From an uncultured Candidatus Saccharibacteria bacterium (GTDB lineage Bacteria > Patescibacteriota > Dojkabacteria > J137): DNA of 64,000 nt. The DNA lies in assembly GCA_964561155.1 (NCBI GenBank), contig CAZLOI010000002.1, forward strand, positions 89,629 to 153,628. The letters are read 5' to 3'. Both the position numbers and the translations under genes were made by a program. Under the pieces are notes generated by a model. That model had not been told where the DNA came from. It saw only the letters and a list, made by a program, of their open reading frames with translations, and made no database searches. Shown one piece after another: positions 29,807 to 40,473 of this stretch. The first letter of the stretch is position 1, and every line of letters begins with the position of its first letter.

Positions 29807-30367
29807 ATGACCGATCACTTAGATAGTACTGACGAAGAGAAGTTGCTCGTTGCTCCAGATCATACTGATACAGCTGATGCACCCGAAATGAATGCAATAA
29901 CAGATAGCATAGATGAAGAGAATGACGACATGTATTTGACAATGGGTAATGAGATTAAGGATCTTTGTAGAGATGAATTAAGGATAGAAGTTGACTTAGA
30001 GTTTCTGATTAAAGGTATAAAGTTGAGAGGATTACTATTTAGTCGTTTTCTAGAACTATTAAGTACCTATGGTGATGATTATGAGAAGCTTACAAGGCAT
30101 GGGTTTAGATACACTGTGAATGTCGAAGATGGTAAGGATGTGCTACATTTAGTAGTTTATAGATCTCCAGAGCATGTTTGCACTGTAAAAAATATAATAC
30201 TGAAAACTGAGAGAGGGTTCACCTGTGAACCAATATCTTCTGAAGTTAGAATGGAGCTAAGACTAGAAAATGGTGGCACAGAAATGATATCTATTGAAAC
30301 ATACGATAATATTCCTCACATACAGAGAATTCCCAAGGTTCTGTACCCGGAATCATTCGAAGTATAG
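29807..30367 (+). CDS. hypothetical acidic protein
   Basis: A 186 aa ORF. Confidence 0.35.
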   Translation: MTDHLDSTDEEKLLVAPDHTDTADAPEMNAITDSIDEENDDMYLTMGNEIKDLCRDELRIEVDLEFLIKGIKLRGLLFSRFLELLSTYGDDYEKLTRHGFRYTVNVEDGKDVLHLVVYRSPEHVCTVKNIILKTERGFTCEPISSEVRMELRLENGGTEMISIETYDNIPHIQRIPKVLYPESFEV

Positions 30368-30473
30368 ACTTAAAGTGTCTTGATTTACCAATATCAGAGT
30401 ATTATCATATCAATATACGCAATCGCACCGTTTGCAAAGACGATCCTTGTCACATACATCTTAATATACTCAT

Positions 30474-31472
30474 ATGAACAAATCGGATATTAATCATAGG
30501 CGATGGGACTATGATTACATCGAGAAGAGAATTCTTGATGCTCTTGCTCTCATTACAATAGGGGTTGTTTTACTTCTAAATACCACTGGGAATCTTTCCT
30601 GGGGAATATGGCTTAACTTTATAAAGTTGTGGCCATTATTAATTATATCTATTGGAGTAGGTTTAATATTTAGCTGGTCAAGACTTGCAAGATTCATAGG
30701 TGCTTTAATATCATTCATCATTTTCCTGTCTGCGTTATTCATAGCTATATCTCCAAACACACTAAACTTAAATCTAAATATCTTTAATCTAGTAAACAAT
30801 AATACTAACTCAGTTACATCTGAAAAGGAGGTTGAGATTGATGAAGTTGTTTTGGTAGCAATTTCTGATGTTGATTTAGATATAGATATGTCTTTTGGTA
30901 ATGTAGCTGTTAGCGAAGATGAAGATTTAGCTATTCTAAAGACTCAATCAGAATACTCTAGTAACTTGATAGAACCAAAACTTGATTATGTACTTAATGA
31001 GGATACATTGAACATTACCTATAACGATGCAGAACGAAAGAGTTTTAATATTGGAAACAATCATGCAAGCCATTCATTAATTCTAGGAACAACAAAGGTT
31101 GTTAAGAATATGAATATTAAAGTTGGGGCGGGAAATGGTGATATTAACTTAGAAGATACTATAGTTACATCCTTAAACGCAGACGTAGGAGCTGGTAACT
31201 TAGATGTTACCCTTGATAAAGATACTATCGAGAATATTGAAGATATAAGTCTAAAGGTAGGATTAGGAAACATTAATTTTAAGCTACAAGATGATATTGG
31301 ATATGAGATTAAATACAAAGTTGGCTTAGGAGAATTAAAGGTTGATGATCTAGACGTTGGACAATCTTTTGGAAAGGATGGTATATATCTATCTGAAAAC
31401 TATACTGATGCTACAAAGAAAGTAGAGATTCTGGTAGAGGTTGGTTTGGGTAATGTTGAGTTTTACTATTAA
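30474..31472 (+). CDS. LiaF-like / DUF4097-type membrane protein with internal beta-strand repeats
   Basis: N-terminal transmembrane segments, then five repeats of the form KVG(A/L)GN(G/L)D(I/V)(N/T)L. Confidence 0.5.
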   Translation: MNKSDINHRRWDYDYIEKRILDALALITIGVVLLLNTTGNLSWGIWLNFIKLWPLLIISIGVGLIFSWSRLARFIGALISFIIFLSALFIAISPNTLNLNLNIFNLVNNNTNSVTSEKEVEIDEVVLVAISDVDLDIDMSFGNVAVSEDEDLAILKTQSEYSSNLIEPKLDYVLNEDTLNITYNDAERKSFNIGNNHASHSLILGTTKVVKNMNIKVGAGNGDINLEDTIVTSLNADVGAGNLDVTLDKDTIENIEDISLKVGLGNINFKLQDDIGYEIKYKVGLGELKVDDLDVGQSFGKDGIYLSENYTDATKKVEILVEVGLGNVEFYY

Positions 31473-31497
31473 TTTATATACTTATTAATACTTTGTT

Positions 31498-32166
31498 ATG
31501 AATAACGGACTTCTAACTCGAATGTTCATCGGAATCTTCATGGTTCTTTTGGGAGTAGGGTTTCTTCTAGACCAACTTGGTCTAAATGTTTTTGGTTTTA
31601 ATGTATTTAATCTATGGCCACTAATCTTCTTTGTTGTAGGGTTACCTATGCTTGTTAGAAGAAACTTTATTGGTGGTGCAATATTCTTAACACTTGGAAT
31701 TGCATTCTTGTTTGCTAACTTCTTTGGATACAGTGTATTTGCAGTTATCTGGCCAATCATCATTATTATAATTGGTTTCTCAATCATCTTCAGACCAAAG
31801 CATGGCCCATGGAATGAATCAGCAAGAAACGAAGTATCAAAAGATCACATAAGTGAATCCATTGTTTTCTGGGGAATGGATGAAGTAATAAGGTCTGAGA
31901 ATTTTGAAGGAGGAGAAGTAGACTGCGTATTTGGTGGATTCAAGATCGATTTAAGAAGTGCAAAGATTAAAGATGGAGCAATGCTTGAAGTAAGCTGTGT
32001 ATTCGGAGGAGGAGAACTACTTCTACCTAGAGATGTAAGAGTTTCTATGGAAGGCTCATCTGTTATGGGTGGAGTTACTAACTCAACTATCTCAGGAAAG
32101 GAAGGTGATCCTTTGTTTAGAATAAAAGCTAACGCAGTATTTGGAGGTATTGATATAAAGAACTAA
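31498..32166 (+). CDS. LiaF-like (DUF2154-type) membrane protein
   Basis: Four N-terminal transmembrane segments and a C-terminal VDCVFGGFKIDLR...VSCVFGGGELLLP...ANAVFGGIDI repeat. Confidence 0.5.
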   Translation: MNNGLLTRMFIGIFMVLLGVGFLLDQLGLNVFGFNVFNLWPLIFFVVGLPMLVRRNFIGGAIFLTLGIAFLFANFFGYSVFAVIWPIIIIIIGFSIIFRPKHGPWNESARNEVSKDHISESIVFWGMDEVIRSENFEGGEVDCVFGGFKIDLRSAKIKDGAMLEVSCVFGGGELLLPRDVRVSMEGSSVMGGVTNSTISGKEGDPLFRIKANAVFGGIDIKN

Positions 32167-32240
32167 GAAGATGTAACTGGGAGTGAAGGAGAATAAAGAA
32201 CGAGCTATGAAATCATAGCTCGTATCTATTTCGAAGTTCC

Positions 32241-32645
32241 TTAAAGTACCAATAAACCAATAATAGCTACAACTGTTGTCATTACTGTTCCCCAAGCCAT
32301 ATCAACTAAAGCAACCTTTCTTGAGAAATCTTTGAATGTTGCGTAGTTAGTTAGATCGTATGTAGCGTATGCAGTTAAACCAAAGAATGCAGCTAGTGGC
32401 ATAATCTCTAGAATAGTATCCATTCTGTTTGGTAGTACAACGAATACTAGAATAGCTAGGATATAGATTAGGTAGAACAATGTAGCCGGAATCATCTTTG
32501 GATCTAAGTCTCCCTTACTATCCTTTCTGATTAAACTACCGAGTTCAGCCTTGTAGAATTTCTTTGCAATGAAAGTTAACCATATATAATCGAGAGCAAA
32601 ACCGCATAATAGCATTACAATATAAGCAACATATGTTGGGTTCAT
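32241..32645 (-). CDS. small membrane protein
   Basis: Four transmembrane segments. Confidence 0.4.
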   Translation of the reverse strand: MNPTYVAYIVMLLCGFALDYIWLTFIAKKFYKAELGSLIRKDSKGDLDPKMIPATLFYLIYILAILVFVVLPNRMDTILEIMPLAAFFGLTAYATYDLTNYATFKDFSRKVALVDMAWGTVMTTVVAIIGLLVL

Positions 32646-32714
32646 ATACTAGTATAGGTCAAATAGTATTACTCAATTATACACAAATTAAAAAATGGAA
32701 TATATAGTTTTTAA

Positions 32715-33344
32715 TTATGCTTCTGTGTACGAACCTGTATCACTTGTTATAGAATGCTCCTCTTTGTATGCATCCCATACAATATCTAAAAGATTACCTA
32801 ATCGAACATTCTTTTTCAGAACCATAACAACTCTTCCGTTTACATAGAACCCCTCTGATTCTCTAGAGAATCTTGTAGGATCATTCGATGCTATAGCATT
32901 CGACCATTCAGTGTAACTACAGTATTCTCCTGGTTTTATATATTCAATTACAGACCCTGCGTAAGATTTATAGACAGTCAGTACCAAATCATTATCAAAT
33001 AGATCCTGAATAGCTCCATCTCTAAGTCTAGGCGTACCTACTTGAATCCTATCTGGATTCTTTACTAAATCATCTAGGATAAAGCCTTCAAGACCTGCTG
33101 TAGAACCATAAAGTTTACCTAGATGTTCCAAGTCTCTCGAAGAAATAACACCAGTTTGAATAGCATCGTTTACAGCGTCCAGTATCGTTTCAGCTATAGT
33201 TCTATCAGCACTTCTTTGCTTGAAAGAAATGTGGCTAGTTACTCCCCTAATCTTTAAGGTGATTCGCTCTCCTTCTTCGAAGGGAAGATCCATGAATGAT
33301 TTGTTCTCATCTACTAATAGTTCCTTCTCTTCGCTTATATCCAT
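32715..33344 (-). CDS. hypothetical protein
   Basis: A 209 aa ORF. Confidence 0.35.
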   Translation of the reverse strand: MDISEEKELLVDENKSFMDLPFEEGERITLKIRGVTSHISFKQRSADRTIAETILDAVNDAIQTGVISSRDLEHLGKLYGSTAGLEGFILDDLVKNPDRIQVGTPRLRDGAIQDLFDNDLVLTVYKSYAGSVIEYIKPGEYCSYTEWSNAIASNDPTRFSRESEGFYVNGRVVMVLKKNVRLGNLLDIVWDAYKEEHSITSDTGSYTEA

Positions 33345-33475
33345 CTTTGTATATTAATATGCGTAAGTTTAACGCGAGAAGATCAAAATTGACAAATATG
33401 CAGAGAATCAACACAATAAAAATCTAATCCTTTCAAAGATCGTATATAATCTTCTAGTATTTAAACAAAAAACTT

Positions 33476-35242
33476 ATGAAAAATATCTTTAAAATCCTAA
33501 CTCTTTCTAAGCCTATGCATAGATTGATGTTCCTAATAATGTTTGTGGTACTTGTATCTGTAGGCTTCGATATTGTAGCTCCTCTTCTTTCAGGTAGGAT
33601 ACTTGATGAGGTAATTACACAAGCAAGTAATGATTCCAAAGAATATGCAACACTGATTCGGTTGCTTGGAATATCTGCATTTGCATCCATTACTTATTTA
33701 ATACTTAGATCAATTGGTCAAAGACTTGGAGATCATTTAGCAGGAAAGATACGTAAGTATTTAACTGAAGTATTCTATGAAAAAGCGCTAACTCTTCCAC
33801 AATCATATTACGATTCCGAAGTATCTGGAAAGATTGTTAATCAGTTAAATAGAGGAATTAATTCAATTCAAGACTTTGTTAACACAGCAACTAACTACAT
33901 TATTCCAACATTCTTACAAGCAATCGTTGTTATAGCAATTCTTGGATACTACAACATAGCTCTTGGTGCCTTAATGATTGTAATATTCCCAATATATTTA
34001 GGTATAAGTAGAATCTCTACTAGAAGATGGGGAAAAAGAGAAGAGAAGAAGAACAAGATCGAAGACCATAACCGAGGAAGGATTCAGGAAGCTATTTCAA
34101 ACATAAAGCTTGTTAAAGGATTCACAAATGAAAAGACTGAGTTTGAATTGGTTTCTAATAATCTAACGGATATTAATTCAATTTATAAGCAACAGAGTAA
34201 CGAGTTCCATCTGTTCGATTTTGCCAGAGAAATATCTTTGTATCTTATACTTTTTGGAACTACGATAATTATCTTTTTAAACGCGTTTGAAGGGTTGATC
34301 ACTGTTGGTACAGTAATCATACTTATACAGCTCGTAGAGCGTGCTAGAGCTCCACTTTTTGGTATGTCCTACATTCTAGGTCAGATTCAACAAGCAGAGT
34401 CTGGATCAAAGGAGTTCTTTGAAATACTAGATCTAAAATCTACTGAAGACTATCATCAAGATCAAAGTGTTGAGAAGATTATCGATCCAAAGATTGAATT
34501 CAAGAATGTATCGTTTAACTATGAATCTTCAGAGAATGTTTTAGAAGATGTTTCTTTCTCCATACATGAAAATGAAATGGTTGCTTTGGTTGGTCCAAGT
34601 GGATCTGGAAAGTCTACGATAGTTAATCTTATCCTTAAATTCTATAACTCAAGTGGCGGAGATATACTGTTGAACGGAAAACCATATTCTGAATTAAGTC
34701 ACAATCATATTAGAAAGAATATTGCTCTGGTGTTTCAGGAGAATGAGTTGTTCTCATCAACAATTAAAGAGAACGTATCATATGGATCTATGGTTGATGA
34801 AGAGAGAGTTATCGAGTCTTTGAAGAAAGCCAATGCATGGGATTTTGTTTCAAAGTTACCAGAAGGTATTAATCAGGAAGTAGGGGAGAGAGGTGTTAAG
34901 TTGTCTGGAGGACAGCGTCAAAGAATTCAAATTGCTAGAGCTATATACAAAGATGCACCAATTCTAATATTGGATGAAGCTACTTCTAGTTTAGATGCAA
35001 AGTCTGAGTCAGAAGTATCTGAAGCTATAGACAACCTAGTTAAGGATAGGTTGGTTCTTGTTATTGCACATAGGTTCTCAACTATTCAAAACGCAAGCAA
35101 GGTGATTGTTCTAAATGAAAAGAAAGTAGAAGCTATTGGAACACCACAGGATCTATCTACAAAGCCTGGTATATATTCAGATCTATTGAAATATCAGATT
35201 GAAGGAAACAAGAAATTACTAAAGAAGTTTGAGATTTATTAA
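33476..35242 (+). CDS. ABC exporter, fused permease-ATPase (MsbA-like)
   Basis: Six-TM N-terminal domain; GPSGSGKST; LSGGQRQRIQIARA; ILILDEATSSLD. Confidence 0.9.
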   Translation: MKNIFKILTLSKPMHRLMFLIMFVVLVSVGFDIVAPLLSGRILDEVITQASNDSKEYATLIRLLGISAFASITYLILRSIGQRLGDHLAGKIRKYLTEVFYEKALTLPQSYYDSEVSGKIVNQLNRGINSIQDFVNTATNYIIPTFLQAIVVIAILGYYNIALGALMIVIFPIYLGISRISTRRWGKREEKKNKIEDHNRGRIQEAISNIKLVKGFTNEKTEFELVSNNLTDINSIYKQQSNEFHLFDFAREISLYLILFGTTIIIFLNAFEGLITVGTVIILIQLVERARAPLFGMSYILGQIQQAESGSKEFFEILDLKSTEDYHQDQSVEKIIDPKIEFKNVSFNYESSENVLEDVSFSIHENEMVALVGPSGSGKSTIVNLILKFYNSSGGDILLNGKPYSELSHNHIRKNIALVFQENELFSSTIKENVSYGSMVDEERVIESLKKANAWDFVSKLPEGINQEVGERGVKLSGGQRQRIQIARAIYKDAPILILDEATSSLDAKSESEVSEAIDNLVKDRLVLVIAHRFSTIQNASKVIVLNEKKVEAIGTPQDLSTKPGIYSDLLKYQIEGNKKLLKKFEIY

Positions 35243-35260
35243 ATCTCAATAGAGGATATA

Positions 35261-35683
35261 TTAGAACAGTTCAGGACAGATTTGTTCTCGAAGAGTTTTG
35301 ATGTTCTCCTTTGTAAAGTGCACAGCTTCAAATGCCTTAGCACCAAGTGGATTTTCTCCTGGAAATTTCCCTATGTTAAAGGTTACGTAGTCTTGTTTTA
35401 GATTTGATATACCGATGTATCTAGGGTTGTATCCCATTACTTCCAAGTTCTTCTTTACTTTGTCTCCATGTACGAATCTTCCATTAGAATCTCTACCTAG
35501 ATTGTCATCAAGAAATACGTAGTGTAGCTTACTCATTGAAGGATCTGTAGATTCTTCTTCAAACCTTGTCCAATGGCTATATATACGAATATTCACTTCA
35601 TGTCCTTCAAATACTTTAGATAGTATTCTCTTGGCGCTTGAGTGATAGAAGGAATCATCTTCGAAGACTGCTATGTTTATCAT
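35261..35683 (-). CDS. receiver-like stand-alone domain (degenerate)
   Basis: IAVFEDD and YVFLDDNLG acidic pocket-like motifs. This is a weak call. Confidence 0.3.
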   Translation of the reverse strand: MINIAVFEDDSFYHSSAKRILSKVFEGHEVNIRIYSHWTRFEEESTDPSMSKLHYVFLDDNLGRDSNGRFVHGDKVKKNLEVMGYNPRYIGISNLKQDYVTFNIGKFPGENPLGAKAFEAVHFTKENIKTLREQICPELF

Positions 35684-35743
35684 GTATTAAGTATACTACA
35701 GGTATGCAAGTGCGAAGCTATTATGTCTTCAATGAACGCGAGA

Positions 35744-36553
35744 TTAAAGAAATCTAACATAGATATCTCCGAAATATGCGTTTTTCTTTGCATCGGACAA
35801 AATTTCTCTGAAATCTGATGAAGGAACCCATTTCCTTTCAACAAGTTTCATTGTCTCTCCCCAGGAGTAGTTACACTCTACTGGAGCAATAGATTCTATA
35901 TATTCTAAACACTCTAATGCTTGGTTATAGAATTCTGGAAACATAAATTCATATGAGATACAGCCGACTTTTTGGGTAAGACCCTTCAAAACATTAATCT
36001 CGAATCCTTCAACATCAACTTTTACAAGATGCGGTATCCCATGTTGGATGATTAGGTTATCTAAGGTATCAACTTTCACCTTTTCTTGTCTATTCCAACT
36101 ATTTTCTTTAAAAACCCCATTCTTAACTGAATTTATCCAGTCTAAATTCATTGAACTAATGGTATCTACATCTGCTATATGAATAACAGTCTCACCTGCT
36201 TTTTGATCCATACCTCCTTCAAAGAGAACAAAATTTTCGTTATTTCCAAATTTGTCATTCAGAATTCTAACGCAATTTGCTTGCGGCTCGACTGCTACTA
36301 CTCTTGCTCCTATATTTAGTAGAACTTCAGTTCTATTCCCTACATTTGCTCCAATATCAAAGACTAGGTCTCCCTTATTTATTAAGCTGGAATATAGAGC
36401 TCTCCTTCTCTGGAATTCTTTATATTCTGGAGACATTAAATACTTTGCATGATTATATTTTCTTGATACAAATTCTTTTGCTTTCTTAGCAGGCTTGTAT
36501 AAATTCGTTTTCTCTAAAGTATTTTTAATTAGTTCTTTTGTCTTCATAAACAT
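35744..36553 (-). CDS. FkbM-family methyltransferase
   Basis: VFDIGANVGNRTE...VVAVEP and VDVEGFE. Confidence 0.75.
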   Translation of the reverse strand: MFMKTKELIKNTLEKTNLYKPAKKAKEFVSRKYNHAKYLMSPEYKEFQRRRALYSSLINKGDLVFDIGANVGNRTEVLLNIGARVVAVEPQANCVRILNDKFGNNENFVLFEGGMDQKAGETVIHIADVDTISSMNLDWINSVKNGVFKENSWNRQEKVKVDTLDNLIIQHGIPHLVKVDVEGFEINVLKGLTQKVGCISYEFMFPEFYNQALECLEYIESIAPVECNYSWGETMKLVERKWVPSSDFREILSDAKKNAYFGDIYVRFL

Positions 36554-36555
36554 TT

Positions 36556-37542
36556 TTAATTATCTTTTAATAAAAATTGTTCATACTCAGCTTTCGACTT
36601 GAAACCTAAGTGGCTTAAGTGGCCTGCGATATCTCTATATGCTAGAAACAGTTTATGTTTTCTATAAAAATTTCTCAGTGCAGATTTTATAGTATCATTA
36701 TTAAACCTAGTTTTAGTATAGCTACTGTTTGTAGATTTGTCTGGTGCAAAATTTGCAGAATAGTGGATACACATAGCCATGTGACAATTCATGAACTTAT
36801 GACCAGTACTATTCAATCTATAGCTGAATTCATTATCCTCATAGTATGTACCCAGAGTATCATCAAACTTATTCTCGATTAAAACACTTGAGCGCCATAA
36901 TGTTGCTCCAGAAGGTAGCCAATTACAGTAATCGCTAACTAAAGTTGTTTGATCACTAAACTGTTTCTCAAAATCTCTTTCCTTGAATATTATCCAGTTA
37001 CCTTCGATTCTATACTCAGGTCTATTAATTTGTATCAAACCGTTGGGCATTATAACCTTGGATTGAACTGCTGATACTCCTGGATTGCTCTTCAGTGTGT
37101 GAACTAAATGTTCAAAATATCCAGGCATAATGTAAATATCATTATCTAGAAAAGCAACAAACTCACTCATAACGTACTTCATACCTTCATTTCTTGAGCC
37201 CGAACCACCAACATTTTTATCGAGGAGAACAATCTGAATATTGGAGTATTGCTTCGCAAGATCTGATAGGTACTCTTTGGTACCATCAGAAGAATTATTA
37301 TCTATTAGAATCAGTTTGAAACTTATCTTACAGGTTTTGAGCAAGTGATTTATTATTCTTTTTGTTTCTCTGATCCTATTGAAAGTAGGCATTATTATAT
37401 CTATTGTTTCTATATAGTCGCTATGCACCTCAAACTGGTTTTGAAAAATAAATGTCATGACATCCTTTTTTGTTCTTGGATATGTATAATCGAGATTGGC
37501 TACTTCAAGTAGCTTTGCTTTTATATTAGTTAATAAGTTCAT
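36556..37542 (-). CDS. glycosyltransferase family 2
   Basis: IIMPTFNR...LILIDNNSSDGT and DND. Confidence 0.8.
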   Translation of the reverse strand: MNLLTNIKAKLLEVANLDYTYPRTKKDVMTFIFQNQFEVHSDYIETIDIIMPTFNRIRETKRIINHLLKTCKISFKLILIDNNSSDGTKEYLSDLAKQYSNIQIVLLDKNVGGSGSRNEGMKYVMSEFVAFLDNDIYIMPGYFEHLVHTLKSNPGVSAVQSKVIMPNGLIQINRPEYRIEGNWIIFKERDFEKQFSDQTTLVSDYCNWLPSGATLWRSSVLIENKFDDTLGTYYEDNEFSYRLNSTGHKFMNCHMAMCIHYSANFAPDKSTNSSYTKTRFNNDTIKSALRNFYRKHKLFLAYRDIAGHLSHLGFKSKAEYEQFLLKDN

Positions 37543-38695
37543 TGAATAAATTTACATAACTAGATTGCATATCTTTTTTGTTAAATTTAGTCTTAACTTT
37601 CTTTACTGTTGGCTCCTGCAGATGATTTCTGTTAATAAAAGCTTCTGAAATCATTTGAGGCATTTCTTTTACTATATCATCATTGTGTAGTAAATATCCA
37701 TCAACACCATTATCGATTATTTCTCTTATTGCTCCCACATTCGTAGTCACTACAGGCTTTCCTAAAGCCATGGATTCCAAAATAACCATAGGAACACCTT
37801 CGAACTGTGACGTTAGTATTACCAAATCACTCATGGATATTATCTTTTTAACGACCTCATTATCTCTAGCCCCTGTTAATAGAATATTTGAATACGAAGC
37901 CTGTTGCTGAATACTTGTAAATAATTCGCCGTCTCCTATAAGAATGAAGTTGTAATCATTCATGATACGAGCTAGCTCAACTACTTTTTCAGGCTGTTTT
38001 TCAGGTGACATTCTCGCAGCCCATGTAATAATGTGCCCTTTATTTATGAAGGCTTCGATATTTGAGTCTAGATCAATATCTTTAATACGATTATTAATTT
38101 CATCGATATCAACACCATTTCTAATTACTTCTATCTTTTCTGGATTAATTTTATATTGATTTATATATAAGTTCTTAAGTCTATCGCTTATCACAATTCT
38201 GCTATCAATATACTCATCAAACATTGCTGAAAAGGCTGGTGAGCCTCCTTGATCCTCTGAACCACCTTCGCTATGTGTTAGGTCAGCTGTGTAACAGAGT
38301 TCGTGTATATGTTTGCATGATAAATAGCCACTAATCGAATTGGAGATAAATGTTACATCTATATTCAATTTCTTCACTGTTTCTGTGATTATATAAGTCT
38401 GAAGTTTCTCTGGAAAGTTTTCAATATGTATAATTCTATCAGAAACCGAACGAAATTTATCCTTCCATTCATGTCTCTTTTGTTTCGTTGTTATAATTGT
38501 AATATCCCAACCGTCTATCTTAAGTGCCTCTAGAATCTCGAGATTCACTTTCTCCGCACCGCCAAATGTTAACCAAGGTACAATAACCAGAATAGATTTA
38601 GCATTTTCTTCAACACTTCTTGAGTACTTGAGCAGAAATATCTTAGCTATTAACACTGCTAGAATATTCCAAATCTTGTTTAAAATGTACCTCAT
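37526..38695 (-). CDS. glycosyltransferase family 4
   Basis: EGVPMVILESMALGKPVVTTNVGAIREII. Confidence 0.8.
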   Translation of the reverse strand: MRYILNKIWNILAVLIAKIFLLKYSRSVEENAKSILVIVPWLTFGGAEKVNLEILEALKIDGWDITIITTKQKRHEWKDKFRSVSDRIIHIENFPEKLQTYIITETVKKLNIDVTFISNSISGYLSCKHIHELCYTADLTHSEGGSEDQGGSPAFSAMFDEYIDSRIVISDRLKNLYINQYKINPEKIEVIRNGVDIDEINNRIKDIDLDSNIEAFINKGHIITWAARMSPEKQPEKVVELARIMNDYNFILIGDGELFTSIQQQASYSNILLTGARDNEVVKKIISMSDLVILTSQFEGVPMVILESMALGKPVVTTNVGAIREIIDNGVDGYLLHNDDIVKEMPQMISEAFINRNHLQEPTVKKVKTKFNKKDMQSSYVNLFNELIN

Positions 38696-38696
38696 A

Positions 38697-40472
38697 TTAT
38701 TTGTCTATTGGCTTGTTTAAAAATATATCAACATATGCGTCTTTTGAAATTTTCGTATATTTTGCCTGTAACTCAGTATATCGCGATTTTACGTTTTCAT
38801 CAGAATAATGATAGATAACTAGATAATCCCATGATTTTTGATCTAATATACCATCTAGTATATCTATCATATTAATGTATTCGACATTATTTTCCCACCG
38901 TTCGCCATAGTATGGGTAGAGTGGAGAATCATTGTTGCCTGATACCAAAATCCTAGATGGTACACCATTACGATGATTATCCAACTCGCCAACATTCTCC
39001 ATATATCGCGGCTTATAATAATCTCCTATTGACATAGGCACCTGTTTTTCAAACCAAGATTTAACTGATAGCTTGAGCACTGGGTATTGAATCTTCGCGA
39101 AAGTGAGACCTAGATTAAATAATACAAGTGATAGTAAAACTACAATGGATAAGTACCTAATATATTTCCTTGAGCTATTCAAAAGGTATAGAGTACCAAT
39201 GAATACAGCAGTAACTGGTAGGAATAGGATCAATCGCAAGTCCCATTCATCTGGATTACGAATCGAGAAAAGAACAGCAAGTGTTCCCCAAATAACTAGA
39301 AAGAAAAGTGCATGACTATAGTGTCTTCTTAATAGGACTTTAACCCCTACAAAAATGTATATTGGTAATGCAAACATATTAAGAAACCCTGCATGTCCCA
39401 CATCGTGACTAAAGTACCTTGCTTCTTCTATCGATCTTAAGTAGAACCACGCTCCAAAGTGTCTAATATTATTCCATATAGTTAATGGCCCTACTGTCAC
39501 TTTCTTGGCATCACCTGGATCAAGTGCGATGAAGGATCCATAGTGTATAAATCCAATTATGTTATTTGGAATTGCTATTAATATTAGTAATGGAGTAGCT
39601 AAGATTATTACTAACCATTCCCTTGTCGTTAAAACCGGAGATTTATACAAGTTCTGCACGAGTCTTATCAAGATCAAGGCACCAATAATCCCACCAGCGA
39701 TGGTTCCATGGTGCTTTGTTCCAACAAGTATAGCTACAGCAAACAATAGTAATAATAAGTTCGGTAGATTAAATTTAAGATAAAGCCTATGAAGCATGAT
39801 CACTGATATGAGCAGTATCAACATAAATGTAAGATCATTTTGTGTAGTGTTAGCTTCGTAAAGATATAAAGGGACTGTTAACACTGCTAAAGATGACAAG
39901 ATGCTTGATACCTTACTCTTTTTAAAGATTTCTACACCAATATAAACTAATGCCAGAGGTATAAGAATAGCTGACAATAGTTGTGGTAGCTCTATCAGAT
40001 AGTCAATACCAAATATCGCAAATGCTACCCCATTAAGTATAGATGAGTTACTCCCAAATATATTAACTCTGGATACCGTTATGTTTGGGTCATACCAAAG
40101 TGATCCATGCTGCATACCGTTAGCCACTTTAGTCAGGTGATAGGTTAGACTATCCCAGTTTATTGCTGGGGAGAACGTAATGTATATCAAGTTAAAAAGC
40201 AGGAATGTTATCCAGACACCTACTACTAGAAGGACCAATATCTTGTTCCTTCTTGAAAGTCTCATAAATCTAGATTTGTATGCACCTAGATTTATGTATA
40301 TAGATTGTCTCCTTAGGATTAGATAGGAGAATAATACTATAAAGAAGAATATTGTGATTAGTAATACAGATTTAGTGGTATAGAGGGATAAAGCTGATAA
40401 TATCCAGGCACAAATCACCTCGAACGCCCAGAAGATGATGATAATGTGGAAAAGTTTAAGAATATACTTCAT
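38697..40472 (-). CDS. large polytopic membrane protein (GT-C-like / polymerase-like)
   Basis: 591 aa with more than 12 transmembrane segments, embedded in the glycan cluster. Confidence 0.45.
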   Translation of the reverse strand: MKYILKLFHIIIIFWAFEVICAWILSALSLYTTKSVLLITIFFFIVLFSYLILRRQSIYINLGAYKSRFMRLSRRNKILVLLVVGVWITFLLFNLIYITFSPAINWDSLTYHLTKVANGMQHGSLWYDPNITVSRVNIFGSNSSILNGVAFAIFGIDYLIELPQLLSAILIPLALVYIGVEIFKKSKVSSILSSLAVLTVPLYLYEANTTQNDLTFMLILLISVIMLHRLYLKFNLPNLLLLLFAVAILVGTKHHGTIAGGIIGALILIRLVQNLYKSPVLTTREWLVIILATPLLILIAIPNNIIGFIHYGSFIALDPGDAKKVTVGPLTIWNNIRHFGAWFYLRSIEEARYFSHDVGHAGFLNMFALPIYIFVGVKVLLRRHYSHALFFLVIWGTLAVLFSIRNPDEWDLRLILFLPVTAVFIGTLYLLNSSRKYIRYLSIVVLLSLVLFNLGLTFAKIQYPVLKLSVKSWFEKQVPMSIGDYYKPRYMENVGELDNHRNGVPSRILVSGNNDSPLYPYYGERWENNVEYINMIDILDGILDQKSWDYLVIYHYSDENVKSRYTELQAKYTKISKDAYVDIFLNKPIDK

Positions 40473-40473
40473 C

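Noticed and set aside
30780-31472. Periodic repeats that could be mistaken for a DNA repeat array or CRISPR
   Set aside because: The periodicity is at protein level (VGxGN repeats in a single ORF), with no conserved DNA repeat-spacer structure. No CRISPR array was seen anywhere in the window.
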